DNA of 64,000 nt, taken from a virus. Location of the stretch: positions 1 through 64,000 of IMG/VR virus record IMGVR_UViG_3300037358_000003. One strand, given 5' to 3'. Each line of letters opens with the position of its first letter. The stretch's first letter is position 1. The notes under the pieces were generated by a model, which did no database searches, had not been told where the DNA came from, and saw nothing but the letters and a program-made list of their open reading frames with translations. This document shows positions 28,871 to 39,438 of the stretch, in pieces. Position numbers and translations under genes: made by a program.

Positions 28871-29557
28871 ATGCCTTTTGGGAGGAAAAGTGACAGCAAT
28901 CGGAAAACCGCGTCGAGTGGTGCAGATTCCGAAGCCAGAGGAGATGCCGGACACATGGGAAACTCCGACGACCACGCCGGTACAGCAGCCACAACAAGTC
29001 CCCGTGCCAGCGTAGGTCAGCTAGAGCCAATTAAGGCATGGCGTGGCGTCCAGTTTTCTGCCACCAAATCTACGGTTCTGATTAGTGGTGGCGACGGCCA
29101 AATGGTTTCTGGCGAGCAACCAAGGGCAATGTGCAGAAACGGCCAAGATCACCGCGCACCCGATTGGAAATGCTCTTGCGGTTATTACGCAGTCAAGAAA
29201 CGGGAGGACACTGTTGGGTATGGCATGCTTGCGGAGGTGGATCTGTACGGAACTGTAATTGAGCATGACGTTGGTTATCGTGCTGAATTCATGCGAGTCC
29301 TGGCGCTCAGATTTCCCCGCAAGCATTGCGAGGGTGGTAAGTTCTTGTGCTCTGGCACTCCCGAGATGCTTGCGTTTCCCGATCCAGTAGAAATCCAGAT
29401 GCACTCTGCTGCGTCCGTTTCATACGGCATGCAGACAACTCAATGGTCGCCACCACCTACGGCGGTTTGCACAGAGTGTGCGACCATGTTTGATAGAAGC
29501 GCATCATTGCAGCAAGTGGCAGCACGAATTGGGTGCGAAGTCCGCTGGGATGACTAA
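28871..29557 (+). CDS. Cys-rich hypothetical protein
   Basis: HRAPDWKCSCGYYA..YGTVIEH..GYRA. Confidence 0.65.
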   Translation: MPFGRKSDSNRKTASSGADSEARGDAGHMGNSDDHAGTAATTSPRASVGQLEPIKAWRGVQFSATKSTVLISGGDGQMVSGEQPRAMCRNGQDHRAPDWKCSCGYYAVKKREDTVGYGMLAEVDLYGTVIEHDVGYRAEFMRVLALRFPRKHCEGGKFLCSGTPEMLAFPDPVEIQMHSAASVSYGMQTTQWSPPPTAVCTECATMFDRSASLQQVAARIGCEVRWDD

Positions 29558-29607
29558 CTCTGTGGATAACTTGTTTAGAAGTCCATACTTTCAAACGAAG
29601 GAGTAGA

Positions 29608-29919
29608 ATGAGTGCATCTGAGGCTACTTACGCAGTGAGGCAAACGGAAGAGTGCTACCCTGATCGTGATGCTGGTGCTGTCATGATTCAGATGAACGTG
29701 CTGGAAGAGGTCTTTGAGTCGGTGCTGTCAACCGTGCGTCAGGTTGAGCATCGTTTGGAACACGTCATCAACCCCAACTCGTTTCCAACGGGTGTAGCCA
29801 AGTTGGGCGAAGCACAGGAAAGTCTCAGTCCGCTGGCAGATCGCTTGCGGACGATCAACGATAGGATGCGCGACTTGCGTACCGAAGTCGGAGCATGGAC
29901 CGAGAGGATTGAGCTTTAA
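29608..29919 (+). CDS. Hypothetical coiled-coil protein
   Basis: AAGGAG RBS; bounded by junction sites. Confidence 0.6.
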   Translation: MSASEATYAVRQTEECYPDRDAGAVMIQMNVLEEVFESVLSTVRQVEHRLEHVINPNSFPTGVAKLGEAQESLSPLADRLRTINDRMRDLRTEVGAWTERIEL

Positions 29920-30129
29920 TGAATCAGCAGACATTAGAACATGACTAGCGAGATACCGGAAATTGCTGGATACACTCTAGACGACGCGGGGTGGCGTAGA
30001 TTTTGTGAAGAGCGCGGGATGGACCCTGATCGGATTGATCTGTTGGACCCGCATTCGATTAACGCAGAAGTTGACCGAGTGTATGACGATAGCGGCGATC
30101 TACGCGAAGGAAAGTAGGACTATTACGAC

Positions 30130-30447
30130 ATGAGCAAAGACGCATGGAAGCAGGAGCACGACCTGCACGAAAAGTTCACCAAGGAATGGGACGTTCGACC
30201 CGACCTTTCAGTGGTTGCGTTGGCGTGTGATCGTACTGTACGCTTTGATCTGCGGTATTCAGATGACGGTCCACTGAAAATGGGACGTTGGCACTCGACG
30301 CAACGAAACGTGGGGACGATGAGAGAACTAGCCAACGCACTTTTGGATGCTTGCGATTTTGTGGAGGCGTCAAATCCGAAGTGGACCGCACGCAAGGGTG
30401 AACCTGACGCCATCGAACGCGTCTTGGCCCAATGGAACGCCGAATGA
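30130..30447 (+). CDS. Hypothetical protein
   Basis: ATG begins at the last base of site 30105. Confidence 0.6.
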   Translation: MSKDAWKQEHDLHEKFTKEWDVRPDLSVVALACDRTVRFDLRYSDDGPLKMGRWHSTQRNVGTMRELANALLDACDFVEASNPKWTARKGEPDAIERVLAQWNAE

Positions 30448-30576
30448 GCAAGCGCAGTCTCGGCCCCGCAGCATCCATCAAAGCTGGCAAAGAGATCCAG
30501 CGCAAGCAACGTATCCGCCATCGTGAGAAGGTGGCGGCGAAGGCCGAACGTGAAGCAACCGAACAAAAGGAGCAAG

Positions 30577-30897
30577 ATGCCGTTTAGTTTGCACAGTGAT
30601 CGAGTCGCTGTAATCGCTGACCCGTTGGAGTCCAAGACCGCCAGCGGTCTGCACATTCCAGAGGGCGCTCAGGACTATCAGGAGCCACGCTACGGCACCG
30701 TTGCGGTAGTTGGCATCGGACATCGCTCGGAGCAGACTGGCGAGCTTGTGCCGATGGATTTCAAGGTCGATGATCGCGTGTTCTTTCACAAGGCTGCTGG
30801 CGAGGTGTGGAAGTTTGATGGGACTGAGTACCTTGTGCTCGGGCCACGTGAGATAATTGGCAAGGATGATGGCAAGAAGTTGAAGGCGGTCAAGTAG
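30577..30897 (+). CDS. groES: Co-chaperonin GroES
   Basis: LHSDRVAV..KTASGLHIP..GTVAVVGIG..VDDRVFF; AAGGAG RBS. Confidence 0.92.
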   Translation: MPFSLHSDRVAVIADPLESKTASGLHIPEGAQDYQEPRYGTVAVVGIGHRSEQTGELVPMDFKVDDRVFFHKAAGEVWKFDGTEYLVLGPREIIGKDDGKKLKAVK

Positions 30898-31130
30898 GTG
30901 AAGGCGTTCTGGACGTTCCTATTTCTGTTTGCTGGCGGATTTTTCGTCTTTGACGTGATCGAGTCCGTCCACTTTTCCAGTCTGCACAATACGGGTCAGA
31001 CAGTATTCTTTGCCCTGTGTGCCATCGTGGAGTGTCTGATCGTCGGATTTGCGGCGGCGATGTTCTCACGAGAGTTTTAGTGGCCGAAAGTATGAGATTT
31101 CGGGGATTATCCCTTCATGGTAGGTACTAG

Positions 31131-32177
31131 GTGAGTTACCCTAGTAGTGCCTGCGACCGTCCAGAATGGGCGCGACGGACCATGAACAGGGGACTTATGC
31201 CGCTCGACTACGGGATGCTGCTCACGGCGGTCCATCTTTCCAACGGGCGTAAGGCCCTTGGAACTGGGTTTTTCGTCACGGTTGAGAGCGAGGTGCCTGA
31301 GGGTGATCCCCACGGATATCTGGTGACCGCTTATCACGTCATTCACAAGGTGCCGAAGGTCTACGCCCAGGTGCCCAACGCCTTTGGCAATGGGGAGATT
31401 TACCCGCCGCGGCTCGTAGACAACTGGAAACGACCGCTAGGCGGGGTTGACATTGCCGTGGCGTCGTTTGAGGGTCCAGAGGATCACAACTACGTGGGTA
31501 TCCCGTTCGATCACATCATGCCCACGGCTGACGGGCTGATTTACCCCTACCTGGGTGCCCATATCTACTACCTCGGCCTCTTTGCACCAGCCCAGCGCAT
31601 GATGGCTAGGTCTGGCACTATCGGCGCTCTTGAGCAAACGGGATTGTCTGAGTCAATGGGCGACGCAAAGAAGGGTCTCAAGTACGGGGACTACCCCGTC
31701 CACCTAGTCGATTGTCGGTCTTATGGTGGCTTTAGTGGGTCGCCCTGCTTCGTAGAGTCGGGTCGTCCCGGTCTGCTGGTCGAGCCTCCACCTACCAACG
31801 CTCCCAAAGGCATTCAGTATCCCCCAATGGGGGTCATGCACTATTTCGCAACCCTCTGCGGAATGTTCGTTGCTCACTATGACGATGTTGGGAACAAGGT
31901 AACCAACCCCGCCGACGTGGTGAGCAAATACGGCGTTGGCATCATGTTGCGGGGTCAAGAGATCAAGGAGGCATTGATGGTTAAGGATTTCCAAACCGAA
32001 AGGCGCATCAAAGACGCCAAGGCTCGGGTCGAAGTCGAGCGGAATACAGTAAAGCCCAAGTTGGCAAGTGCGAATGATGGCGACGAGCTGACGGTCGGTG
32101 CGTTTGATGACGCCCTGCATCGCTCCACTCGCATCACAGCGCCGGACGAATCTGCTCCAGAAGGCTCAGGAACATAG
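31131..32177 (+). CDS. Trypsin-like serine protease (IS passenger)
   Basis: Triad motifs VTAYHV, VDIAV, GGFSGSP. Start uncertain. Confidence 0.8.
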   Translation: MSYPSSACDRPEWARRTMNRGLMPLDYGMLLTAVHLSNGRKALGTGFFVTVESEVPEGDPHGYLVTAYHVIHKVPKVYAQVPNAFGNGEIYPPRLVDNWKRPLGGVDIAVASFEGPEDHNYVGIPFDHIMPTADGLIYPYLGAHIYYLGLFAPAQRMMARSGTIGALEQTGLSESMGDAKKGLKYGDYPVHLVDCRSYGGFSGSPCFVESGRPGLLVEPPPTNAPKGIQYPPMGVMHYFATLCGMFVAHYDDVGNKVTNPADVVSKYGVGIMLRGQEIKEALMVKDFQTERRIKDAKARVEVERNTVKPKLASANDGDELTVGAFDDALHRSTRITAPDESAPEGSGT

Positions 32178-33150
32178 GGTGAGCCTCCCCACGTCGGTTG
32201 TAACGCCAGGTGTATTCGTTGACGTACCCCTGGAGCCACTTGGTGCTGACGTGGTGGTGGGTGCCCACGATGCCAGTTTTCATGTTCGCCCAAAAGCCTT
32301 CGATCTGCTGGGTGTGGATCGCTCCATCCACGTAGATGCCCTTGGAGTGGTTGATCGTGTGGTGAGTGAACCCGTCGCTCTCCAGGCGGTCGTAAATCCG
32401 AGCGTCGTCGGTGTAGATCATGGTCCCATCTTCGACCTGATCGGCAATGTGCTCCATGATCGCGGCTTGGGGGTTCTTGGGGACCACGTAAGCGGCAACT
32501 TTGCCGTAGCGGGTGATCTCAGGCTTGGTCTTACCGTCCCGCAGGATGTGGTTGTTCCGCTCCACCATGCCAAACACGGGCACTTTCTTGTCATGCGACC
32601 ACTTGATCGCTGCCGACTGGCGACCGGCAGGAGACTTGCGAAACTCAGCCTTGTCGGAGTTCCGGGGCTTGCCGCCGATGTATGTCTCGTCCATCTCGAC
32701 CCGGCGCCCAAGCGACGTGTCATCCGGCCCCATGAGTTCGTTTCGGATCTTGGTGAACATCCTCCAGGCGGTTTTGTACGTCACCCCAAGGTCACGCTCC
32801 AGCTGCTTGGCCGAGATGCCGCACTTGGTCTGCGCCATCAGGAAAATGGCGTGAAACCAAAGCTGGAGCGACGTAGACGACTTGTGCATGATCGTCCCTG
32901 CCGTGGGGTGGATGTGATGCCCGCAGGAGTCACAGGAGTACGAGGGACGACTGGCGACCCGGTGGAACTTGCGAATCTCTCCACACTTGGGACAGTGCGC
33001 CCGCTCGGGGGTGTCCAGGGCGTAATGACGGCGCCACAGGTACTCAAGGCAGGCCGCATCGTCGGGAAAATCCCGCATGAAGTCCATAATCGTGTAGGTA
33101 GAGGTGCTCCCACCTGCTCTTTTGGAGTTATTCCGGTTACCTGGTGCCAT
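32134..33150 (-). CDS. tnp: IS1595-family DDE transposase
   Basis: Zn ribbon CPKC..CDSC, HTH GISAKQLERDLGV, VEMDETYIGG, IYTDD, IEGFW. Confidence 0.95.
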   Translation of the reverse strand: MAPGNRNNSKRAGGSTSTYTIMDFMRDFPDDAACLEYLWRRHYALDTPERAHCPKCGEIRKFHRVASRPSYSCDSCGHHIHPTAGTIMHKSSTSLQLWFHAIFLMAQTKCGISAKQLERDLGVTYKTAWRMFTKIRNELMGPDDTSLGRRVEMDETYIGGKPRNSDKAEFRKSPAGRQSAAIKWSHDKKVPVFGMVERNNHILRDGKTKPEITRYGKVAAYVVPKNPQAAIMEHIADQVEDGTMIYTDDARIYDRLESDGFTHHTINHSKGIYVDGAIHTQQIEGFWANMKTGIVGTHHHVSTKWLQGYVNEYTWRYNRRGEAHPMFLSLLEQIRPAL

Positions 33151-34223
33151 GGGATAAGAATACCATGAAATCTACCTACCGTCAAGGGATAATCCCCGAG
33201 ATTTCAGACGTGAGCGAGGGGGAGTCAGAGACGTTTGCCGAATGGCAATTCAGGGTCAAGCCGTTTCTGACTGCTCGCAACAAATGGATTGACGAAAACA
33301 TCCACTACATTTCTGGTCCGATTGAGTACAAATCGACATCTCCGTCAGTGTCGTTTCACATGCGTCCAGCGTTTTGGTTAGATGAGAATTGGGAGGCCCA
33401 TTGGGATGACGAATGAAACTTACGATCCAATGTGCGGGCCAGTCTTGAGATAATGAGTGTGGATAGACATGTCTGACGGGCTTTCAGACGAACGGATCGT
33501 AGTGGGCACATCGTGGATTGACCAAGTGTGTGTTGACTGTGGCGAGCAAGCGTATTGGGTCTGTGTCGCTAATGGTTTCAATGAGGGTATGATTAAGGTG
33601 TCTCAATCACAGTACGACCATGAGAAAAAACAGCACGTCGTGGAGCAGATACCTGGTCGGTCGTTCCTGCACTTCAAGTGTGAGACGCATTACGTTGAGT
33701 GGATCGAACATATGACGCGTGGTGTAGAATAACTAACGGTGGTCAGAAAAGAGACTGACGAGTCGTAAAAACGGAGAATGGGACATTGGGGTCATTCCTG
33801 CGCTTGACGAATGGGCAGGTCACACCTGGTTGATACCTCACCCGCCACCATATTCACTTTTAACAAACCAAGGAGAACCAAGATGACGCTGTCGGCTAAT
33901 CGAGTAGAGGGAACGCAGAACATCAAGGTCCGCACCACCTATGGACCCGTGACCAACGAGGTTGATGAGAACTTCCAGCATGTGCGAGGATTCCATACGC
34001 AGCTTGGTCAGATTCTTGATCAGATGGACGCGGAATACGCCCCGAAGCCTCCCGACTCTGTTTGAATATTGATGCTTTCAACCGTGACCAATCAGGCACT
34101 GTCCCATCAAATAACGAACAGTGCGGACATTACGGATATGCTAGTCGGCTTCTGTACCATTATACTTATTTGGCATAACTGGTATTTGCGCAGGGGAAGA
34201 TAATAAAGTGTTGGATTTCCTTC

Positions 34224-34781
34224 ATGTTTGATGGACTCACGCCGCCCTACTCAACCATCGTGGCCGATCCTCCGTGGCAATACGGGTCGTGGGGGAAGCC
34301 GAGCAATCGACGGTTAGCGAAGTCGGCGGACACGATTTATCCACTCCCGTATCCGTCTATGACACTAGACGAGATCAAGTCACTTCCAGTGCAATCGCTA
34401 GCAGGTGATGACTGCGAGCTGTATTTGTGGACCACGCAGAAGTATCTATCGAACGCCTTTGACGTTCTTGGCGCATGGGGGTTTCGGTACTGTCAAATCC
34501 TGACGTGGTGTAAGCAACCAAGGGGTCTTGGGCAAGGTGGCGTTTACTGTCCCACCACCGAGTTCGTTTTATTGGGCAGACGGGGATGGATGCCCAAGGT
34601 GCGTCGTCAAGATTCGACGTGGTATCTCTGGAAACGACCAAATAACGCACACTCAAAAAAGCCACCAGAGTTCTTTGATCTCATTGAACAGACAACGACA
34701 GGACCGCGAGTTGAACTATTTGCCAGAGAACGCAGGGAAGGGTGGGACGCCTGGGGCGATGAGATAGAGTGTGTGGCATGA
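34224..34781 (+). CDS. MT-A70-family adenine methyltransferase
   Basis: IVADPPW, LYLWTT, HSKKP, VELFAR..GWDAWGDE. Confidence 0.92.
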   Translation: MFDGLTPPYSTIVADPPWQYGSWGKPSNRRLAKSADTIYPLPYPSMTLDEIKSLPVQSLAGDDCELYLWTTQKYLSNAFDVLGAWGFRYCQILTWCKQPRGLGQGGVYCPTTEFVLLGRRGWMPKVRRQDSTWYLWKRPNNAHSKKPPEFFDLIEQTTTGPRVELFARERREGWDAWGDEIECVA

Positions 34782-35122
34782 ACGATGGTCACGCATCCTG
34801 GTGTTCTCCCGATGAAGAGTGTGATATGCCCATCCACGAGTGGACACGGGGATATGGGCACGAACCAATCAACGTGCCTGGTGGTCAGATGTGCGGCAAG
34901 TGCGAAGAGTCGTGGCCGTGTAATAATGTTGCCCCAATCCTGTTGCCGAGCAGTCCCGTGATAGTCGAACTAAACTCGGCGATTTTAGACATGACCGATC
35001 AAAATAAACGACTACTTGATGTATTGGCGGTCCTTGCCAACAGAACCGACAGTTTGCCTGATTGGGCTGAGCCGATGTTAGCCCCATATAGGCGGTTTGA
35101 ATGAAAATCGTTATTTTACGTC

Positions 35123-35659
35123 ATGGGTAAGCGAAACTGGCTGGACAGGATCAACAACCCCGAAGAGGGTGACCGTGAACTCCTGCACGCCAAACTGCAC
35201 AAGTATTACTGGGACGAGTGGCACGCGGCATTGAAGGCGTATCTCAAAGATCCTCGTGACCCGAGCAACGCCATCTATTTTTTGGAGATGCATCCCGCGA
35301 ACCAGCGCCACGGCTTCGGTTCACCTGATGGGGCGTTCCACGAGAACATGTGGTGGGCGTGCGTCAAGGTCGATCCGGCCAGCAAGCATGTTGAGAACGA
35401 CAAGAGCCGCAATACGTTGACGCAGTTTTGGGTGGAGTGGGGTCCACACATGGAGGAATCCGAGTTCACCGACCGTGATCGAGAACTGGACGCGGTTCCG
35501 AAGGGTGGTTGTTCATCCCATGACTACCGTGTGGATACAGGCGCCGATACGTTTGAGGGCGCCCTGGTGAATCTGGCGCACAACATCTGGAAACTGTACG
35601 GAGAGAACGCCAGATGCGAGCACGACGGCAGCAGGCTTAAAAAGAAGGACCGCTGGTGA
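35123..35659 (+). CDS. Hypothetical protein (bounded by junction sites)
   Basis: Sites at 35098 and 35662. Confidence 0.65.
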   Translation: MGKRNWLDRINNPEEGDRELLHAKLHKYYWDEWHAALKAYLKDPRDPSNAIYFLEMHPANQRHGFGSPDGAFHENMWWACVKVDPASKHVENDKSRNTLTQFWVEWGPHMEESEFTDRDRELDAVPKGGCSSHDYRVDTGADTFEGALVNLAHNIWKLYGENARCEHDGSRLKKKDRW

Positions 35660-35687
35660 CTCGTCTAGATATGCTCATTTTAAGACG

Positions 35688-36203
35688 ATGCGCGTAGCTG
35701 TTACTGGTCACAGACCACAACATCTTAAACTTGAGGATGGCTACTGGATTCAGCATGAGTTCGACCGACTCATTAAGAAGATCAGACCAACGATTGCTAT
35801 CAGCGGCATGGCGTTGGGCGCTGATACTTGGTGGGCAAATGCAGCCGTGACAATGTTGCCACCTTACGGTCCAGTTTCGCTCCATGCCTATGTGCCATTT
35901 CCAGGACAAGATGAGCGGTGGCGGGAGGACGACAGGATCTTTTATCGCCAAATGTTGGCGCAAGCCACCGAGATCATTACCGTCTGCCTAGAATATTCAC
36001 CTGCAGCATTTGAGTTACGAAACCGAGCCATGATCGACAATTGTGACCTTCTGATTGCCGCCTGGAATGGCAAACGATCTGGTGGTACGTTTAACGCTGT
36101 TACCTATGCCAAGAAAAAGGACATGGATATCGTGTATGTTGATCCAGTGCGACGGGTGACCACCATCAGTCGTTCGTCCGAAAGCGCTGACTTTACGACG
36201 TGA
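35688..36203 (+). CDS. SLOG superfamily YpsA/DUF1273-like protein
   Basis: VTGHRP, SGMALGAD, RNRAMID, SGGTFN. Confidence 0.88.
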   Translation: MRVAVTGHRPQHLKLEDGYWIQHEFDRLIKKIRPTIAISGMALGADTWWANAAVTMLPPYGPVSLHAYVPFPGQDERWREDDRIFYRQMLAQATEIITVCLEYSPAAFELRNRAMIDNCDLLIAAWNGKRSGGTFNAVTYAKKKDMDIVYVDPVRRVTTISRSSESADFTT

Positions 36204-36865
36204 TTTACTACGATCTAGACGGTATTACGATCCATCATGCGAACTGTGCTGATGTCATGGTGACTCCAAGCGATGTGGCTCTATTGCTCACTGATCCACC
36301 CTATGGAATCGCCTATAAGTCATCCGCTACTAGGTCTGTTTTGGCCACGTCCCGCGCAGCAGTCGAAATCGTAGGCGACGATAAACCATTTGACCCATCA
36401 TGGTTGCTGCAGTACCCACGAATAGTCCTGTGGGGTGCAAACCACTATGCTGATAAGCTGCCGCCGTCATCGTCGTGGGTCGTGTGGGATAAACTAAACG
36501 GACTCACTAGCGACAGAGACATTGGGTTTAACGACTCATCAGATTGTGAACTGGCGTGGACTAATATTGGTGGGCCAGCGCGTATTTTTTCGCATCGTTG
36601 GATTGGGATGTTACGCGATAGCGAGCGTGACAGGACTGGTTGGCATCCAACGCAAAAACCCGTGGCACTTATGTCTTGGATTTTGAGGGCGTGGACTAAA
36701 CCTGGGGATCTGGTGTACGATCCGTATATGGGGAGTGGCCCCGTAGCAGAGGCTTGCCATTTGGCTGGTCGTAGGTACGTTGGCGTGGAAATGAATGAGG
36801 GCTATTGCGAAAAGGCTGCCAGCAGACTAGCCCAAGGTGTGTTGGACATCTTCGCCAATGTTTGA
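36200..36865 (+). CDS. N4-C/N6-A DNA methyltransferase (beta class)
   Basis: TDPPY, HPTQKP, DPYMGSG. Confidence 0.92.
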   Translation: MIYYDLDGITIHHANCADVMVTPSDVALLLTDPPYGIAYKSSATRSVLATSRAAVEIVGDDKPFDPSWLLQYPRIVLWGANHYADKLPPSSSWVVWDKLNGLTSDRDIGFNDSSDCELAWTNIGGPARIFSHRWIGMLRDSERDRTGWHPTQKPVALMSWILRAWTKPGDLVYDPYMGSGPVAEACHLAGRRYVGVEMNEGYCEKAASRLAQGVLDIFANV

Positions 36866-36886
36866 AAGCTCCTGCTTTACTTCAAA

Positions 36887-37528
36887 ATGACAAAACCTCG
36901 CCTTCTCGATCTTTTTTGCGGCGCTGGCGGCGCCGCTATGGGCTATTCGCGTGCTGGGTTTGACGTAATCGGCGTTGACATTAAGCATCAACCTAACTAT
37001 CCGTTTAGGTTTCACCAGATGGATGCGTTACGAGCATTGGGGGTTGATGAATTCCGCGAGAACTTCGATGCGATTCATGCTTCGCCGCCGTGCCAGGCGT
37101 ACAGCTCTGCAACCGCAGACCACTCCAAGCATCCCGACCTTTACGAACCCACGAGGAAGAGACTAGAGGCCGTAGGGCTGCCATGGGTGATTGAGAACGT
37201 CATTGGCGCTCCGTATCGCCAGGGAATTGTCCTGTGTGGGTCCATGTTCGGTCTAGAGATTTACCGGCACCGCAACTTTGAGTCGTCGTTTCTGATGATG
37301 CCACCCCACTGTCGCCACTCCGAATTCGGGCGTCCATACACGATCACTGGGCATTTGAGTACGGAGCAGGAATACAGGCACTCCAAAAAACCATCTCGCC
37401 AACAGGCTGTCGAGATCATGGGGATGCCGTGGGCGACCTGGGACGAGGCCGTTTTGGCCATTCCGCCAGCGTATACGGAGTGGATCGGCACACGCCTGAT
37501 GGAATATCTGTCGCAAGTAGCCGTTTGA
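36887..37528 (+). CDS. C5-cytosine methyltransferase-like protein (short)
   Basis: LDLFCGAGG, ASPPCQ, IENV. Confidence 0.88.
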   Translation: MTKPRLLDLFCGAGGAAMGYSRAGFDVIGVDIKHQPNYPFRFHQMDALRALGVDEFRENFDAIHASPPCQAYSSATADHSKHPDLYEPTRKRLEAVGLPWVIENVIGAPYRQGIVLCGSMFGLEIYRHRNFESSFLMMPPHCRHSEFGRPYTITGHLSTEQEYRHSKKPSRQQAVEIMGMPWATWDEAVLAIPPAYTEWIGTRLMEYLSQVAV

Positions 37529-37544
37529 CCTGCATGTTTACCTG

Positions 37545-37573
37545 TTGACAATTGATGTGCCGAGGCGCATAAT
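37545..37573 (+). promoter_or_regulatory. Leaderless-type promoter
   Basis: TTGACA-17-CATAAT-6-ATG(37580). Confidence 0.75.
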
Positions 37574-37974
37574 ATGTATATGGCTACTACATACAAGGCA
37601 ACCAACGGAAGAACCTTCAGAGAGAACGCAGATGACAGTCTCGTTTGCGCCCATCGGGATCTGAGCGTCTGCGACGAGTGCGAGGCTCAGACCACAGAAC
37701 TGACGGAATGCTATGGTAACTACTACTGGGACCCCAACGGGGAACTCATGATGGCGTTGCAGTCAGATCTGACAGAAGATGACTGAATGCGAGTGGTTCT
37801 ACAAATGCCACGACGAAAGCGTGGCCGTGGTTGAGCATCCGACTGTTGGTGATGTAGAAATCTGCCATCGCCACCTTGATTGGATTCAGGCGGATTGGAG
37901 TCCTACCAAAATGGTACCACCACTAGCCGCCAAGCATGCTGCTCGCCTGGCTCAGAACTTGGAGAATTTGACCG

Positions 37975-38415
37975 ATGTCTGAATACGTGGGCTTTACGAC
38001 ACAGGGTGAAGAAACGTTCCTGCGAGACTGGGCATCCCGAAACAAGTCCATCTATGAAAACGAGGGCAGCTGTGGATTCGGACGTGATTGCGTGGGAATC
38101 ACCAGCGGTCAGGTGTGGATTGATCTTGGTCCAACGGTCACCAAGCAGTTTGAGGGTGCGTTGGCGTCGGACACCTACGAAGACCAAGAGATTGACGGGG
38201 ACGCTTGGCCACCAGAAGGCGTGGACGACGCGTATCACAAGCACGACTGCTTGGCTGTGCTGGGTCATGGTCCGGCCGCCGTTCATCAACTTTATTTGTG
38301 GGTTAAGAATCTGGACTCCCACGGATTTGTGGTGAAGAAGGCAACGCGCTCCACGAAGGACATTTACGACGCCCTGCTGCACGGTGGCGACTACGTTTAC
38401 TTGGAGAAGGCGTGA
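37975..38415 (+). CDS. Hypothetical protein (bounded by junction sites)
   Basis: GSCGFGRDCVGI, AYHKHDCLAVL; sites at 37976 and 38416. Confidence 0.65.
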   Translation: MSEYVGFTTQGEETFLRDWASRNKSIYENEGSCGFGRDCVGITSGQVWIDLGPTVTKQFEGALASDTYEDQEIDGDAWPPEGVDDAYHKHDCLAVLGHGPAAVHQLYLWVKNLDSHGFVVKKATRSTKDIYDALLHGGDYVYLEKA

Positions 38416-38614
38416 TGGCCGAAAGTAGCCCTATTCAGACGCCAGCGAAGGACATGCTTGACCTTTGGGATCGCCTGACTACCGCAAGATCAAAACTCAA
38501 CATGATGGCAGATGATGCTATCTTGGATGGCAGCGAGGATGTTGATCGACTACAGGGTAAGGCCGAGGGTATTGGACTTGCGTTGTCCTATCTGGATGAG
38601 GTGATTCGGGAACG

Positions 38615-38998
38615 ATGACGAACTTTTTGGTGGAGACGAAAGAAGCCATTAACCACAGCGGACATAAGCCTACTGACATTGTGTTTATCGGGTCGGTAGA
38701 TTCTGGCTATAACTGCAATTGGGACCAGTTCGTGAAATTGGCTGGATTTGAGTATGACTCTGGATTTGGCGGTCAACAGATCGCTTCGGATCTCATCATT
38801 GCATTCTCTGACGGTGCCAGCATGAAGCGTGGCGAGTATGACGGGAGCGAGTGGTGGGAGTACGCGATGCCATTTGTGATGCCAGAAAAGCAGATCCCGA
38901 TTGAAACTTTCATGGACCCTGGCGGTGCATCGTGGACGATGCTAGAAGAGATGCACCAGCCTGGCGGCAAGTACGGCTGGGACGACGAAGATGACTGA
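38615..38998 (+). CDS. Conserved phage hypothetical protein
   Basis: YDSGFGGQ..RGEYDGSEWW. Confidence 0.7.
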   Translation: MTNFLVETKEAINHSGHKPTDIVFIGSVDSGYNCNWDQFVKLAGFEYDSGFGGQQIASDLIIAFSDGASMKRGEYDGSEWWEYAMPFVMPEKQIPIETFMDPGGASWTMLEEMHQPGGKYGWDDEDD

Positions 38999-39438
38999 CG
39001 CGAAGGAAAGTACAGCTATTCCTCCAGACGTTTCTGTGAAGTGTCGCACCTGCGGCGAACCGTACGAGGAGCGGATGAGTCTGATCCACAGAAAGATGCT
39101 ATGGTTTCCCACCTGCAACCACATTGCTGGCAAGGATTCGGCGGAGATAACGCCCAATGTCTGAGCATCCATTCACCAATGACGAATTACGTGGACTGAG
39201 AGCATGGTATAAACCCGACCAGACGGGAGCCGCAGCGGTCCGGCAGTCTGACAATGCGGCGCAGGACTTCCCTATCCTGTTGGATATGGTGGAGTGTTTC
39301 CGGTCCCTAGTTGAACAAGCCCTATTCCTGCGGATGTACGGTGAACGCCCACCAGGCGCACCTAAAGATCCAGCAGGGGAGACATGGCGAGATTGGGACA
39401 CGCGTGCGGAAGCGGCCCTACGTGGGGACGTTTGACTT

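Larger units (their letters stand above)
31102..33197 (-). mobile_element. IS1595-family transporter IS (2096 bp)
   Basis: 25-bp IRs GGGGATTATCCCTT(CAT/GAC)GGTAGGTA with 2 mismatches; perfect 8-bp TSD GAGATTTC at 31094-31101 and 33198-33205. Confidence 0.95.

Noticed and set aside
32098-33168. 356-aa plus-strand ORF and similar long antisense ORFs (e.g. 1785-2048, 4266-4829)
   Set aside because: Shadow frames of real genes on the opposite strand; no motifs.
33755-33812. Hammerhead ribozyme (CTGACGA-GTC..GAC-GAAT)
   Set aside because: GAAT replaces GAAA, and I could not form convincing stems I/III with a cleavage triplet.
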